Shown piece by piece: positions 26,201 through 36,256 of a stretch of 64,000 bases of DNA. Under the pieces are notes generated by a model. That model worked only from the letters and a program-made list of their open reading frames with translations. It did not search any database and had not been told where the DNA came from. Origin of the DNA: an uncultured Adlercreutzia sp. (GTDB taxonomy: Bacteria > Actinomycetota > Coriobacteriia > Coriobacteriales > Eggerthellaceae); assembly GCF_910589165.1 (NCBI RefSeq), contig NZ_CAJUSP010000007.1. One strand, written 5' to 3'. Numbering within the stretch: position 1 is the first letter of the stretch; each line of letters begins with the position of its first letter. A program made the position numbers and the translations under genes.

Positions 26201-27187
26201 ATGTTTTCCCACTTCAAACATAACGGGTTGCCCCTATGGGCCTTCAAGGCGGCGCTGCTTTTGGCGGCGGCCATTTGGGGCATGGGCACGGTGGTCATCA
26301 AGTCGACGGTCGACGAGTTCCCGCCGTCGTGGCTCGTGGGCGTGCGCTTTCTGGGCGCGGGCATCATCCTCGGCATTGCCACCGCCCCGCGTATCGCGGC
26401 CCGCTGGCGCGAGAACCCGCGCGGGCACCTGCGCGACGGCGCAGTGCTCGGCGTGATGCTGTTCCTTTCCTATTGGGCGAATTCCACGGGGCTTACCGAC
26501 ACCACTGCTTCTAACAGCTCGTTTCTCACCACGCTCTACGTGGTCATCATCCCGTTTCTGGGGTGGGCCATCATTCGGAAGAAGCCGACGCGGTTCAACC
26601 TTGCGGCGGCCTTCGTGTGCGTGGCCGGCGTGGCCTGCGTGGCCTACGGCGGAGCGGAGGGCTTCTCGCTGCGCTTCGGCGACCTGATTACGCTGCTGTC
26701 GGCGCTGTTCCTCAGCTTCCACGTGCTGTACACAGCGAAGTACGCGCCCGGGCGATCGATGACGCTGCTGACGGTCATCCAGTTCGTGGTGGCCGGCGTG
26801 TTGGGCTTCATCGTAGGCGGCCTTACCGAGCCCGTTCCCGATTTCGCGCATCTCTCCCCCGAGACCTGGGTGAGCCTTATCTACTTGACGGTGTTCGCCT
26901 CGTGCGTGGCCTTAGGGCTGCAGAACGCCGCCGTGGCGCGGGTAGACCCGGCCCAAGCGGCGCTGTTCCTTGCTACAGAATCGGTCTTCGGCGTAACGTT
27001 TTCCATCCTGCTGCTGGGCGAAGCGCTGACCGTTTCGTCCTTCGCCGGCTTCGCCCTCATCTTCGCCGGCATCGTCATCAGCGAATACCTGCCCTTACGG
27101 GCCGAGAAAAAGGAGCAGGAGCAAGCCGCCCTCGCCGCCGAAACCGAAGCCGCCGACATGGAAGAAGCCGACGCCTTCATGCGCTAG
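26201..27187 (+). CDS. EamA/DMT-family transporter
   Basis: 10 TM arranged as two EamA halves. Start moved to ATG 26201 (MFSHFKHNGLPLWAFKAALLL). Confidence 0.85.
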   Translation: MFSHFKHNGLPLWAFKAALLLAAAIWGMGTVVIKSTVDEFPPSWLVGVRFLGAGIILGIATAPRIAARWRENPRGHLRDGAVLGVMLFLSYWANSTGLTDTTASNSSFLTTLYVVIIPFLGWAIIRKKPTRFNLAAAFVCVAGVACVAYGGAEGFSLRFGDLITLLSALFLSFHVLYTAKYAPGRSMTLLTVIQFVVAGVLGFIVGGLTEPVPDFAHLSPETWVSLIYLTVFASCVALGLQNAAVARVDPAQAALFLATESVFGVTFSILLLGEALTVSSFAGFALIFAGIVISEYLPLRAEKKEQEQAALAAETEAADMEEADAFMR

Positions 27188-27245
27188 GCAAGTATGCGGG
27201 ACAGCGCCCCGGAGGAACTGTAAGAATTTTTATCAGCTATTCCGA

Positions 27246-27272
27246 AAATCTGTAAGAATTTGTTACAGATTT
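27246..27272. terminator. AT-rich hairpin between convergent genes
   Basis: AAATCTGTAA-7nt-TTACAGATTT. CTGTAAGAATTT also occurs twice, at 27219 and 27249. Confidence 0.5.
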
Positions 27273-28695
27273 ACTCGCGGCCGTCCCAGCAGTAGGTGCA
27301 CACCTTGGCGGGGTCGATGCCGATGGCTTCCAGCATGCCCTGCAGGCTCTGGTAGCTCAAGCTATCGAAGCCCATGTCCTCGCAGATGGTGCGCAGCAGG
27401 CACTGGCCGCGCTCGGTGGTGGCGTCGGCGTACTCGTCCAGATGGTCGAGGCCCGCGTCGCCTTCCAGCTGGTCGACCACGCGGCGGGCGATAAGGTCCA
27501 TGTCGGACTTGCCCGACGAGAAGCTCAGGTACTTGCAGCTGTACATGATGGGCGGGCAGGCGCTGCGCATGTGCACCTCGGCGGCGCCGGAATCGTACAG
27601 GAAGTTCACCGTCTCGCGCAGCTGGGTGCCGCGCACAATGGAGTCGTCCACGAACAGCAGCTTCTTGTCGCGAATAAGCTCGGGCACCGGCACCTGCTTC
27701 ATGTTGGCAATTTTGTTGCGCAGGTCCTGGTTGGCCGGCATGAACGAGCGCGGCCAGGTGGGCGTGTACTTGATGAACGGGCGCCCGAAGGGCATCTTGG
27801 ATTCCGTAGCATAGCCAATGGCGTGGGGAATGCCGGAATCGGGCACGCCGGCCACGTAATCGACCTCGGGGCAGGCGCCGCGGGCCGCCTCGTCGCGGGC
27901 CATGATGGCGCCGTTGCGGTAGCGCATCACTTCCACGTTCATGCCCTCGTAGTTGGAATTGGGGTAGCCGTAGTACACCCACATGAAGGCGCACATCTTC
28001 ATCTCGTCGCGGGCCGGAGACAGCACCTCGATGGCATCCGGCGTGAGCCGCACGATTTCGGCGGGACCCAGCTCGTAGACGTCGTGATAGCCCAGCTTGT
28101 GGTAGGCGAAGCTCTCGAAGGCCACGCAATGGCCGTTCTCGTCCGCGCCCACAAGCACGGGCAAGCGTCCCATGAAGTCGCGGGCCGCAATGATGTCGCC
28201 GTCGGCCGTCATCACCAACAGTGTGAGCGAGCCGTCGATCTTCGACTGCGCGTACTGGATGCCGGACACCAAGTCGTCCTTTTGGTTGATGAGCGCCGCC
28301 GCCAGCTCGGTGGCGTTCACCGCGCCCGAGCTGAGCGCCATGAACTGGGTGTTGCGGCCGGAGAAGTACTCCTCGACCAGCTCCTCGGCGTTGTTGATGG
28401 CGCCGATGGTGGTAATGGCGAAGGTGCCCAAATGCGAGCGCACAAGCAGCGGTTGCGGGTCGGCGTCGCTGATGCAGCCGACGGCACTCGTGCCGTGGAA
28501 GGTGACGATGTCGTTTTCGAACTTCGTGCGGAAGGGCGTGTTCTCGATGGAGTGAATTTGGCGCTGGAAGCCGCTTTCCCGATCGAGCACGATCATGCCG
28601 GCGCGGCGTGTGCCCAGATGGGAGTGGTAATCGACCCCAAAGAACACATCATGCACCACATCGCGCTTGGAAACTGCCCCGAAAAAGCCGCCCAT
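27271..28695 (-). CDS. Amidophosphoribosyltransferase-like protein (PurF paralogue lacking the N-terminal Cys nucleophile)
   Basis: PRPP-binding loop LLFVDDSIVRGTQL and overall PurF-like length. The N-terminus is MGGFFGAV, not MCG. Confidence 0.8.
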   Translation of the reverse strand: MGGFFGAVSKRDVVHDVFFGVDYHSHLGTRRAGMIVLDRESGFQRQIHSIENTPFRTKFENDIVTFHGTSAVGCISDADPQPLLVRSHLGTFAITTIGAINNAEELVEEYFSGRNTQFMALSSGAVNATELAAALINQKDDLVSGIQYAQSKIDGSLTLLVMTADGDIIAARDFMGRLPVLVGADENGHCVAFESFAYHKLGYHDVYELGPAEIVRLTPDAIEVLSPARDEMKMCAFMWVYYGYPNSNYEGMNVEVMRYRNGAIMARDEAARGACPEVDYVAGVPDSGIPHAIGYATESKMPFGRPFIKYTPTWPRSFMPANQDLRNKIANMKQVPVPELIRDKKLLFVDDSIVRGTQLRETVNFLYDSGAAEVHMRSACPPIMYSCKYLSFSSGKSDMDLIARRVVDQLEGDAGLDHLDEYADATTERGQCLLRTICEDMGFDSLSYQSLQGMLEAIGIDPAKVCTYCWDGRE

Positions 28696-28809
28696 GGAAA
28701 ATCCTCCGTCTCAGAAAGATCAACAACGGAGCACAGTATAAATGGTGCGGATGCGTCATTGTTGCCCGCTTGTTAAAAGGCTCGAAAGATTCTGCGGCGG
28801 GCGGCGGGC

Positions 28810-31530
28810 CTATTCCACCACGTAGCGGTGCAGGCGCGCCTTGGTAAGCGCGGGCACCACCAGCGAGCAGCCGATGCCGTAGTCGTGGCCCGGAGCGTTC
28901 AGCGTGATGATGCCATCGGGGGCCTCGTAGGCCGGCGCGGTGAGGTTCACATCGAAGTACCGGCTCGTGGCACCCAAATCGCCGGGAATGACCACGCCGG
29001 GCAGCGTTTGGAAGGCAGCGTGGGCGAAGCGCGACACGCCGGTGTCGTACATGCCGCTCATGCACACCTCGCGGCCCTCGCACAGGGCGCGGTGCACGAA
29101 TTCCAGCGACGCCTGAATGCCGCCGAACTTCCCCACCTTCACCATGGCGCAGCGCAGCTCGGGATGGTCGAACAGGCGCGCGGCCTCCTCGGCGTTCACG
29201 AAGGACTCGTCCACGCAGATGGGCATGGCCAGCGTGTGCTGGAACGAGGCCAGCCGCGAGAACGGGTCCTCGAAGGCGCGCATGCCCGAAGCCGACAGAT
29301 TCAGCGGCTCTTCTATCCAGCCGATGTTCATCTCGTCGTAGGCGCGCAGCTCGGCCATGTTGTGCAGCCCGAAGCTCTGGTTCGCATCCAGCGTGATAAG
29401 CAGGTTGGGGAAGGCCCGGCGCACGGCGCGCACCGCCGGCAGCCCGCGGCCCGGCGCCACCTTCAGCTTCACGCGCTGGTAGCCCGCCTCCACGCATTCG
29501 CGCACCTCGGCCACGGTTTGGGCCGGCGTGCCCAGGCCCACCACGGCCCCGCTGTACACCCGGCGCTTGTGGCGGCGCGAGGGTCGGTCGAGGGCCCTGC
29601 CCACCGGGGCATCGACGCCGGCGGCCTCGGCGATATCGGTCAGACGGTCGAACTCCTCGCCCATGAGCGCCCACAGGGGCTGCTCGGTTATCTTGCCATA
29701 CAGGTCCCAGCAGGCCATTTCCAGCGCACTGCGGGCCATGGGGAACGCCTCGGCCTCGGGCAGCGCGGCGAAGTCGGCGGCCACCTCGCGCGGGTGCAGG
29801 TAGGTGCCGGCAATGAGCCGCGGCGCCAGCACCTCGCGCATGACGCGCACGTCGTCTTCCAGCACCTCGGGCAGGTACCAGTCGGTGTCGAAGGCGGTGC
29901 ACTCGCCCAGGCCCACGCGGCCCTTGCGGTCCTGCACCTCGACGATCACCGAGTCGCGGTAAGTAAGCGTTTCCTTCGGCGTTTTGAAGGGCTTCGTGAA
30001 GGGCAGCCGCACGTGGTGCAGTACCACCCGCTTCACGGCGATGTTCTGGCTGAACAGCTCCTCGCAGGCGGCGCGGTCGATTTTGCCGATGCCCGTGCGG
30101 GGCATCTCGCGCACAATGCAGATGTGCTCGGGCACGTACAGCTTCGAGAGGCGGCGCGCCAAGGCATCCTGGATGGCCTTCGTGCCCATGGGCGGCGCGT
30201 CAGGCGTGAGTTCCACCACGGCGGCCGGGCGGCGCCCCCACTGGGCGTCGCGCATGCCGAACACATAGGCGTCGGCCACGCCGGGCACGCGCACAAGCGC
30301 GTCGACGATTTCGGCCGGGTACACGTTCTCGCCCCCCGACACGAACATGTCGGAGGTACGCTCGCGCACGTAGAGGCAGCCCTCGTGCAGCGCCGCCGTG
30401 TCGCCGGTGAGGAAGAAGCCGTCCACGGTGAAGGGGGCCCGGGCGTTCGCGTAGCCGCCGAACACGCCGGGGCCGCGCAGGGCCAGACGGCCGAAGCCGC
30501 GCTCGTCGGGCTCCACGATGCGGGCGGAATAGCCGGGCAGCAGCCGCATGCCGCCGGTGAAGTGCGCCGTAATGGGGGAATTGGCCACCTGGCTAGAGGT
30601 TTCGGTCATGCCGTAGCTGGCGTACAGCCGCGCCTTGGCCGCCAGCGCCCGCTGCACCGTCTTCGCGTTCAGCGCGCCGCCGCCGATGAGCACGCACTCG
30701 TACTGCGCCAGGGCGCTGGCCCGGGCGTTCAGCATGTCCTGCAGCATTTTGTCCACCACGGAAATATGGGTCGCGTGGCACTGCTCGGCGTCGCGCAGCA
30801 CGCGCAGGGCGTCGAAGCGCTCGTAAATGCGCAGGGGCCAGCGGCTGCACACGCTGCGCACGAGCACCTGGAAGCCGCCCACGTGGAAGAACGGCAGCAC
30901 CGCCTGCCACAGGCCGCGCCCGCGCACCCGGCCCGACAGCACGCGGTCGGAGGCCTTCGACGCCTCCACCAGGTTCGACCAGGTAAGCTCAGCGGCCTTC
31001 GGTTTGCCCGTGGTGCCCGAGGTGAACATGATAAGCGCGCGCTGCGCCGAGTCGAAGGTGTGGGCCGCCCGCTCGGCGAAGTGGATGGCGTCTTCCACCG
31101 AGCCGCCGAGGGAGTCGTCCACGCGGCCCAGATGGTCGTCGTTGCGCAGCAGCGAGGTCGTCACGGCGTCGAACAGGCGCGGGCCCGTTTCCTCGTCGAT
31201 GCGCTGGGCCACGCGCAGCCCCGCCCGCTCCAGCTCCAGCAGGCGCGTGAGCTTCTCGGCGTCGGTAAGCCGGTGGTTGAGCGCCACCAGGCCGAAGCTG
31301 CCGTAGGCAGCCGCCAGGGCCGTGAACACGTACAGCGGGCTGTTTGGCAGATCTACCGCCACCAAGTCGCCGGGGTACACCCCCTTCTCGCGCAAACGCC
31401 GCGCCAGCTGAGCTGCCAGAAGTCGCGTCTGCCGATAGGTAAACACCTGCTCTTTCCCCTGCTTGTCGACATAGCTGAAGAACACCGCATCGGGGCGCAA
31501 AGAAGCCGTGCTTTCAAAAATGTCGATCAT
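28810..31530 (-). CDS. Fused o-succinylbenzoate-CoA ligase (MenE, N-terminal) and o-succinylbenzoate synthase (MenC, C-terminal)
   Basis: N-terminal half has AMP-binding motifs IMFTSGTTGKPK and GDTAALHEGCLYVRERTSD. C-terminal half is enolase-superfamily: KLKVAPG, ITLDANQSF, WIEEPL, ICVDES. Confidence 0.85.
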   Translation of the reverse strand: MIDIFESTASLRPDAVFFSYVDKQGKEQVFTYRQTRLLAAQLARRLREKGVYPGDLVAVDLPNSPLYVFTALAAAYGSFGLVALNHRLTDAEKLTRLLELERAGLRVAQRIDEETGPRLFDAVTTSLLRNDDHLGRVDDSLGGSVEDAIHFAERAAHTFDSAQRALIMFTSGTTGKPKAAELTWSNLVEASKASDRVLSGRVRGRGLWQAVLPFFHVGGFQVLVRSVCSRWPLRIYERFDALRVLRDAEQCHATHISVVDKMLQDMLNARASALAQYECVLIGGGALNAKTVQRALAAKARLYASYGMTETSSQVANSPITAHFTGGMRLLPGYSARIVEPDERGFGRLALRGPGVFGGYANARAPFTVDGFFLTGDTAALHEGCLYVRERTSDMFVSGGENVYPAEIVDALVRVPGVADAYVFGMRDAQWGRRPAAVVELTPDAPPMGTKAIQDALARRLSKLYVPEHICIVREMPRTGIGKIDRAACEELFSQNIAVKRVVLHHVRLPFTKPFKTPKETLTYRDSVIVEVQDRKGRVGLGECTAFDTDWYLPEVLEDDVRVMREVLAPRLIAGTYLHPREVAADFAALPEAEAFPMARSALEMACWDLYGKITEQPLWALMGEEFDRLTDIAEAAGVDAPVGRALDRPSRRHKRRVYSGAVVGLGTPAQTVAEVRECVEAGYQRVKLKVAPGRGLPAVRAVRRAFPNLLITLDANQSFGLHNMAELRAYDEMNIGWIEEPLNLSASGMRAFEDPFSRLASFQHTLAMPICVDESFVNAEEAARLFDHPELRCAMVKVGKFGGIQASLEFVHRALCEGREVCMSGMYDTGVSRFAHAAFQTLPGVVIPGDLGATSRYFDVNLTAPAYEAPDGIITLNAPGHDYGIGCSLVVPALTKARLHRYVVE

Positions 31531-31554
31531 GGGCAGCGTTAGGGCGAACGGAAC

Positions 31555-32403
31555 TTACGGGAACTTGGGGTACTGGGTGAAGTCGGGGGCGCGGTGCTCC
31601 TTGAAGGCGTCGCGGCCCTCTTTCGCCTCGTCGGTGGTGTAGTACAGCAGCGTGGCATCGCCGGCCAGCTGCTGAATGCCCGCCAGGCCATCGGTGGCCG
31701 CGTTGAACGAGGCCTTCATGAAGCGCAGGGCCGTGGGAGAGAACTGCATCATCTCGGCCGCCCAGGCCATGCACTCGTCCTCCAGCTCGTCGAAGGGCAC
31801 CACCTTGTTCACGAGCCCCATTTCCAGCGCCTCGGCCGCGGTGTACTGACGGCAGAGATACCAAATCTCGCGCGCCTTCTTCTGGCCCACGATGGCGGCC
31901 AAGTAGCCCGCGCCGTAGCCGGCATCGAAAGAGCCCACCTTCGGCCCCGTCTGACCGAACTTCGCCGTATCGGCGGCAATGGTAAGGTCGCACAGAATGG
32001 AGAGCACATGCCCGCCGCCGATGGCATAGCCGTTCACCATGGCAATGACCGGCTTGGGCACCACGCGAATGAGCCGCTGCAAATCCAGCACGTTCAGGCG
32101 CGGAATGCTGTCCTCGCCCACGTAGCCGCCGTTGCCGCGGATCTTCTGGTCGCCGCCGGAGCAGAACGCCTCGTCCTCATGGCGGCCGCCATGGTTCACG
32201 CCCGTGAGGATGATGACCCCCACCGACGCGTCGTCGCGCGCCTCGTTGAAGGCGTCGTACATCTCCATGACGGTGCGCGGCGTGAACGCATTGCGCCGCT
32301 CGGGCCGGTTGATGGAAATCTTCGCCACGCCGTCGCACAGCTCATAGCGAATTTCCTGGTAAGCCTTCCCCGTCTTCCATTCGTAGGTGCTCACAAATGC
32401 CAC
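31555..32403 (-). CDS. menB: 1,4-dihydroxy-2-naphthoyl-CoA synthase
   Basis: [33 protein letters not shown], crotonase fold. Highly typical of MenB. Confidence 0.95.
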   Translation of the reverse strand: MAFVSTYEWKTGKAYQEIRYELCDGVAKISINRPERRNAFTPRTVMEMYDAFNEARDDASVGVIILTGVNHGGRHEDEAFCSGGDQKIRGNGGYVGEDSIPRLNVLDLQRLIRVVPKPVIAMVNGYAIGGGHVLSILCDLTIAADTAKFGQTGPKVGSFDAGYGAGYLAAIVGQKKAREIWYLCRQYTAAEALEMGLVNKVVPFDELEDECMAWAAEMMQFSPTALRFMKASFNAATDGLAGIQQLAGDATLLYYTTDEAKEGRDAFKEHRAPDFTQYPKFP

Positions 32404-32486
32404 CTTTCGCCTCGATTTTTCCTAACCTCGCATGATACCGCAGATGACAGGGGCGCCGGGGCAGAAAAGCCGAGCTGGCGGCGACG

Positions 32487-33272
32487 TTACTCGCCAATGA
32501 AGCGCATGGCGTTTTTCCAGGTGAGCAATGCGAACTCTTCCTCGGTGAAGGGCATGGCCGCCAGCATGTTGTACTCGTTGACCGGGTTCCACATGGGAAA
32601 GTCGCTGCCGAACATAACGCGCTCCACCCCGTAGGCGCGCACCAGCTCCACCGTGCGGCGGGGGCCGAGGAACTCAAGGGCACTCGAGGTGTCCACGTAG
32701 CAGCGCTCGTCTTCCAGGTATTCCAGGGCGTAATCGAAGATGGACCAGCCGCCGAAATGGGCCGCGTCCACCACAAGGTTCGGGAAGGTGCGCAGGATTT
32801 TCTTCAGCTTCGCAGGGTGCGAGTAGTCGTAGCGATAGTCACCCGTGTGAATGACGATGGGCAGCCGCCCCTCGATAATCTCGTAGAGGCACATGAGGCG
32901 CGGGTCGTCCATGTTCACTTTCTGCGTGTCTGGGTGAATTTTCACGCCTCTCAGGCCCAATTCTATGGCGCGCTCAATTTCGCCTTCCATGTCTTCATAG
33001 TCTTGGTGCATGGTGGCAAACCCGATGAAGTTGTCGTGGGCCCGGCACTGCTCGGCGATGAAATCGTTGATGGTTTCCACCTGGGCCGGCGTGGTAGCCA
33101 CGGAATGTACCAGGTGATGGGTGATGGGCGAGCCAGCGCAGGCCTCAAGCAGTGCCGAGGCCGAGGCGACGGGAGCCGCCATGCGCGCCGTGTAGAAGTC
33201 GCCCACAGCAGCCGAGGCCTTGCGGGCAATTTTGTCGGGATAAATGTGGGAATGAGCATCGATGACAGGCAT
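32487..33272 (-). CDS. Amidohydrolase-2 family (TIM-barrel metal-dependent hydrolase)
   Basis: MPVIDAHSHIYPD..., IVIHTG, VMFGSDFPM. Confidence 0.8.
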   Translation of the reverse strand: MPVIDAHSHIYPDKIARKASAAVGDFYTARMAAPVASASALLEACAGSPITHHLVHSVATTPAQVETINDFIAEQCRAHDNFIGFATMHQDYEDMEGEIERAIELGLRGVKIHPDTQKVNMDDPRLMCLYEIIEGRLPIVIHTGDYRYDYSHPAKLKKILRTFPNLVVDAAHFGGWSIFDYALEYLEDERCYVDTSSALEFLGPRRTVELVRAYGVERVMFGSDFPMWNPVNEYNMLAAMPFTEEEFALLTWKNAMRFIGE

Positions 33273-33481
33273 GGGGCGTCCTTCGTAAAGCGTACCGGGG
33301 TGCCGCGGGGCCCTGGCGGCCTTTCGCGACGCCCCTATTGTAGAGAAGGTTCCGCGAGGAAAATACGGTCAAACCGCCCATTGGTGAGAGAAGGGGCCTT
33401 ACACGAAAAAACTTCTTGAGACCCGTGGCGGCGTGCGTTATACTTCTTAGACGCTTCGCTTCGGCGAGGCTTACGCTATGC

Positions 33482-33573
33482 GGAGAGATGTCCGAGCTGG
33501 CCGAAGGAGCACGATTGGAAATCGTGTATGCCCCAAAAGGGTATCTGGGGTTCGAATCCCCATCTCTCCGCCA
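33482..33573 (+). tRNA. tRNA-Ser (GGA)
   Basis: GGAGAGA/TCTCTCC acceptor stem, anticodon arm CACGA-TTGGAAA-TCGTG, long variable arm, CCA encoded. Confidence 0.9.
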
Positions 33574-33636
33574 GATTTTCCCGCGAGCCGTAAGGCTCGC
33601 TTGCATATAACGCCCCGTGTGGGCTTCACCCCAAGC

Positions 33637-33729
33637 GGAGGGGTGGCAGAGTGGTTGAATGCGGCGGTCTCGAAAACCGTTTCACCGGTAACCCCGGTGA
33701 CGAGGGTTCGAATCCCTCCTCCTCCGCCA
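33637..33729 (+). tRNA. tRNA-Ser (CGA)
   Basis: GGAGGGG/CTCCTCC acceptor stem (one G:U), anticodon arm GCGGT-CTCGAAA-ACCGT, long variable arm, CCA encoded. Confidence 0.9.
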
Positions 33730-33783
33730 TTTGAACAAAGCTCCCTGCAAGGGGAGTTTTTTCGTTTCTGGGGCTGCGCTCCC

Positions 33784-34611
33784 TTACGAGGCGGACGCGA
33801 TGCGGTAGCGATCTCCGTCGAGGGCGGTTTTCAGGGGGACTTCGAACAGGTCGCTTAGGGCGGCGCCGGTGAGCAGGCTGGCCTTCGGGCCGTCGGCGAC
33901 TAAGCGGCCGTCCTTCATAAGCAGCACGCGGTTGATCTGAGGGCCAATGTCCTCGGGGTAGTGCGTGACCAGCAGCACCGAGCGGCCGGCGCGGGCGAGC
34001 TCGTCCATGGCGCGGCGCACGTGGTACATGCCCGCCGGGTCAAGGCCGGTGCAGGGCTCGTCGAAAATAAGCACGTCGGGGTCGTGCACGAGCGCCCGGG
34101 CAATAAGCACGCGGCGCGCCTGGCCGGTCGATAGGGTCATGATGTCGCGTCCTGCCAGCTCGGCGATACCCAGCTCGGCCATGGCGGCCCGAGCCTGGGC
34201 GCGCTGCTCGTCGCTGACCGTGCGGCGCTGGGGCACGCCGAGCGAACCGAACAGGCCGCCGGCCACAATGTCTTCCGCGGGCACGTGCACGCGGATTTGA
34301 TCCTGCATGCTGGAAGACACGACTCCCATGGCTCGCTTGATCTCGGCCAAGGTGGCGCGGTCACTGCCACGGAAGCGCACCGGCGGCTCATCTCGGTGCA
34401 GTGGGTGCACCTCGCGGGTGATCAGCTGAATGAAGGTAGACTTCCCCGAGCCGTTGGGCCCAAGCAACGCCACCGATTCGCCCTCGGCCAAATGGAATTC
34501 GTCGACAGCGAGAATTTCCTTCCCCGCCCGGCGCACGTGGGCATCGCGCAGCTCCACCAGCGGCACCTCGTGAGACGGGGCCCCGGAGGGGTGTCTCACC
34601 GCATCTTCCAT
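33784..34611 (-). CDS. ABC transporter ATP-binding protein (no adjacent permease)
   Basis: Walker A GPNGSGKST, signature LSTGQARRV, Walker B VLIFDEP. Start ATG 34611 preferred. Confidence 0.85.
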   Translation of the reverse strand: MEDAVRHPSGAPSHEVPLVELRDAHVRRAGKEILAVDEFHLAEGESVALLGPNGSGKSTFIQLITREVHPLHRDEPPVRFRGSDRATLAEIKRAMGVVSSSMQDQIRVHVPAEDIVAGGLFGSLGVPQRRTVSDEQRAQARAAMAELGIAELAGRDIMTLSTGQARRVLIARALVHDPDVLIFDEPCTGLDPAGMYHVRRAMDELARAGRSVLLVTHYPEDIGPQINRVLLMKDGRLVADGPKASLLTGAALSDLFEVPLKTALDGDRYRIASAS

Positions 34612-34695
34612 AGCCTGTCCCTTCATGCGGAAGCGCCCGCACAACGGCGGGCGCTTCCTTCTCTCTCCACACGCGAGAAACCCTCGCGGCGTTAC

Positions 34696-36042
34696 CTACT
34701 CAGCGGGCTGCTCCGCAGGCTGGTCGCCCTCGGCAGCACCTTCGGCGCCGTCGCCCTCGGCAGCAGCGTCAGCCGCTTCGCCTTCCAGTTCGTCGGCCGC
34801 ATCGGCAGCCTCGCCCTCGGCACCTTCGGCACCCTCCTCGACGCCCTCGGCTACCGGCTCATCGGCGCTTTCGCCCTCGGCAGCCTCGGCCGCAGCGGCC
34901 AAGTCTTCCTCGGTGATGGGGTTGCCCTCGGCATCGAGCATGGTCACGTCCTCGCTGGAGGCGGTAGTATCGCCCTCTTCATCAGACGTCTCGTAGTTCG
35001 CCATGTCCACGTAGTAGGGCAGTCCCTCGGGCATGTCGTTGATAACAATGTCAGCACCCTCGCGCTGCTCCTCGAGCCAGGTGTAGTAAGCCTGCGACTC
35101 GTTGGAAGACTGCAGCGTGGCGCGAATGGCATCCTGGAACTCGGTGGGCAGCTCGTCGAGGCTCGTCAGCTCGGTAGGAGCCGCGAACTCGTCGGTGCAC
35201 TCGATGATGTGAATGCCGTAGGTGCTGGTCACCAGGCCGCTCACCTCGCCCGGCTCAAGCTCGGCCAGGGCCGTGGTGTACTCGGTGACAAAGTTGGAAA
35301 GACGATCCCAGCCTACGTTGCCGCCGTCCTCGGCGCTGCCGGTGTCCTTGGAATAGGACTGCGCGGCCGTGGCGAAATCGAGCTCGCCGGCGTTAATCTT
35401 GTCGAGCACTTCCTGGGCCTGGGCCTCGTCGGACGCCTCGAACAGAATATGGGACGACTTCTTGGCCCCGTCGTAGGACGACACGTAGGTCTGCGCGGCC
35501 TCGAGCAGCTCCTCGTCGGTGGGCTCGGTGGCATCGGCGGCCACCTGGTTGCGCAGCTGCTCGGAAATGAGCGACAGCTCGATGTTCTCGCGGTACTCGT
35601 CCTCGGTGAGTCCCACGGCCTCGAGTGCCGTGGCCCACGCCTCGTCGGAGTCGTAGTGGCCGCGCATGGTTTCCACGTACTGGTTCACTTCGTCGGAGTC
35701 GGGCTGAATGCCAAGCGCCTCGCCGCCCTGCTTCACCAGCTCCTGGTCGATGTAGGAGTTCAGAATCTCCTCGCGCACCGTTTCGGGCGTGTAGTCGTTG
35801 GTGGCAAGCCACTCGCCCCACGCCTCCTCCTCGGTGAGGGCCATCTGCGCGCGGATGTCCTGAATGGCCTGGGTAACGGTGTCTTCCTGAATTTCCACGC
35901 CGTTAACCGTGGCAGCCACGCCTCCGGTGTACTTGGGAGCCTCGCTTCCCGAGGTGCCCTCGGAGCATCCGACGATGCCCAGGGCGCACACGGCAGCCAG
36001 TCCCACGGAAGCCAGCGATTTCGCGAGAGAGAGCTTCTTCAT
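34696..36042 (-). CDS. PrsA/SurA-like parvulin-type peptidyl-prolyl isomerase lipoprotein with acidic C-terminal tail
   Basis: Lipobox LGIVGC. Rotamase region SSHILF...DGGNVGW...YGIHIIEC. C-terminal E/A/G-rich low-complexity tail. Confidence 0.85.
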   Translation of the reverse strand: MKKLSLAKSLASVGLAAVCALGIVGCSEGTSGSEAPKYTGGVAATVNGVEIQEDTVTQAIQDIRAQMALTEEEAWGEWLATNDYTPETVREEILNSYIDQELVKQGGEALGIQPDSDEVNQYVETMRGHYDSDEAWATALEAVGLTEDEYRENIELSLISEQLRNQVAADATEPTDEELLEAAQTYVSSYDGAKKSSHILFEASDEAQAQEVLDKINAGELDFATAAQSYSKDTGSAEDGGNVGWDRLSNFVTEYTTALAELEPGEVSGLVTSTYGIHIIECTDEFAAPTELTSLDELPTEFQDAIRATLQSSNESQAYYTWLEEQREGADIVINDMPEGLPYYVDMANYETSDEEGDTTASSEDVTMLDAEGNPITEEDLAAAAEAAEGESADEPVAEGVEEGAEGAEGEAADAADELEGEAADAAAEGDGAEGAAEGDQPAEQPAE

Positions 36043-36198
36043 ACGTACCTTTCCTCACAGATGACGGGCCTGGCTCGTCTCGGTTTGTCGTGCGTTTTTG
36101 AGACAGGTCCCGATGATTTCGTAAGGCATTTTCGCACGGTCAACGGCACGGTAACAGCCATCGCACAATTTGCCCACTTTAGAATCACACTCTGTCAA

Positions 36199-36249
36199 TG
36201 AGAAAAGAAAGAAACCCCACGTCAACGCTGAGTAATTGACGCAGGGTTT
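36199..36249 (-). terminator. Rho-independent terminator after typA
   Basis: Minus-strand AAACCCUGCGUCAA-10nt-UUGACGUGGGGUUU, followed by CUUUCUUUUCU. Confidence 0.55.
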
Positions 36250-36256
36250 GTGCTAG

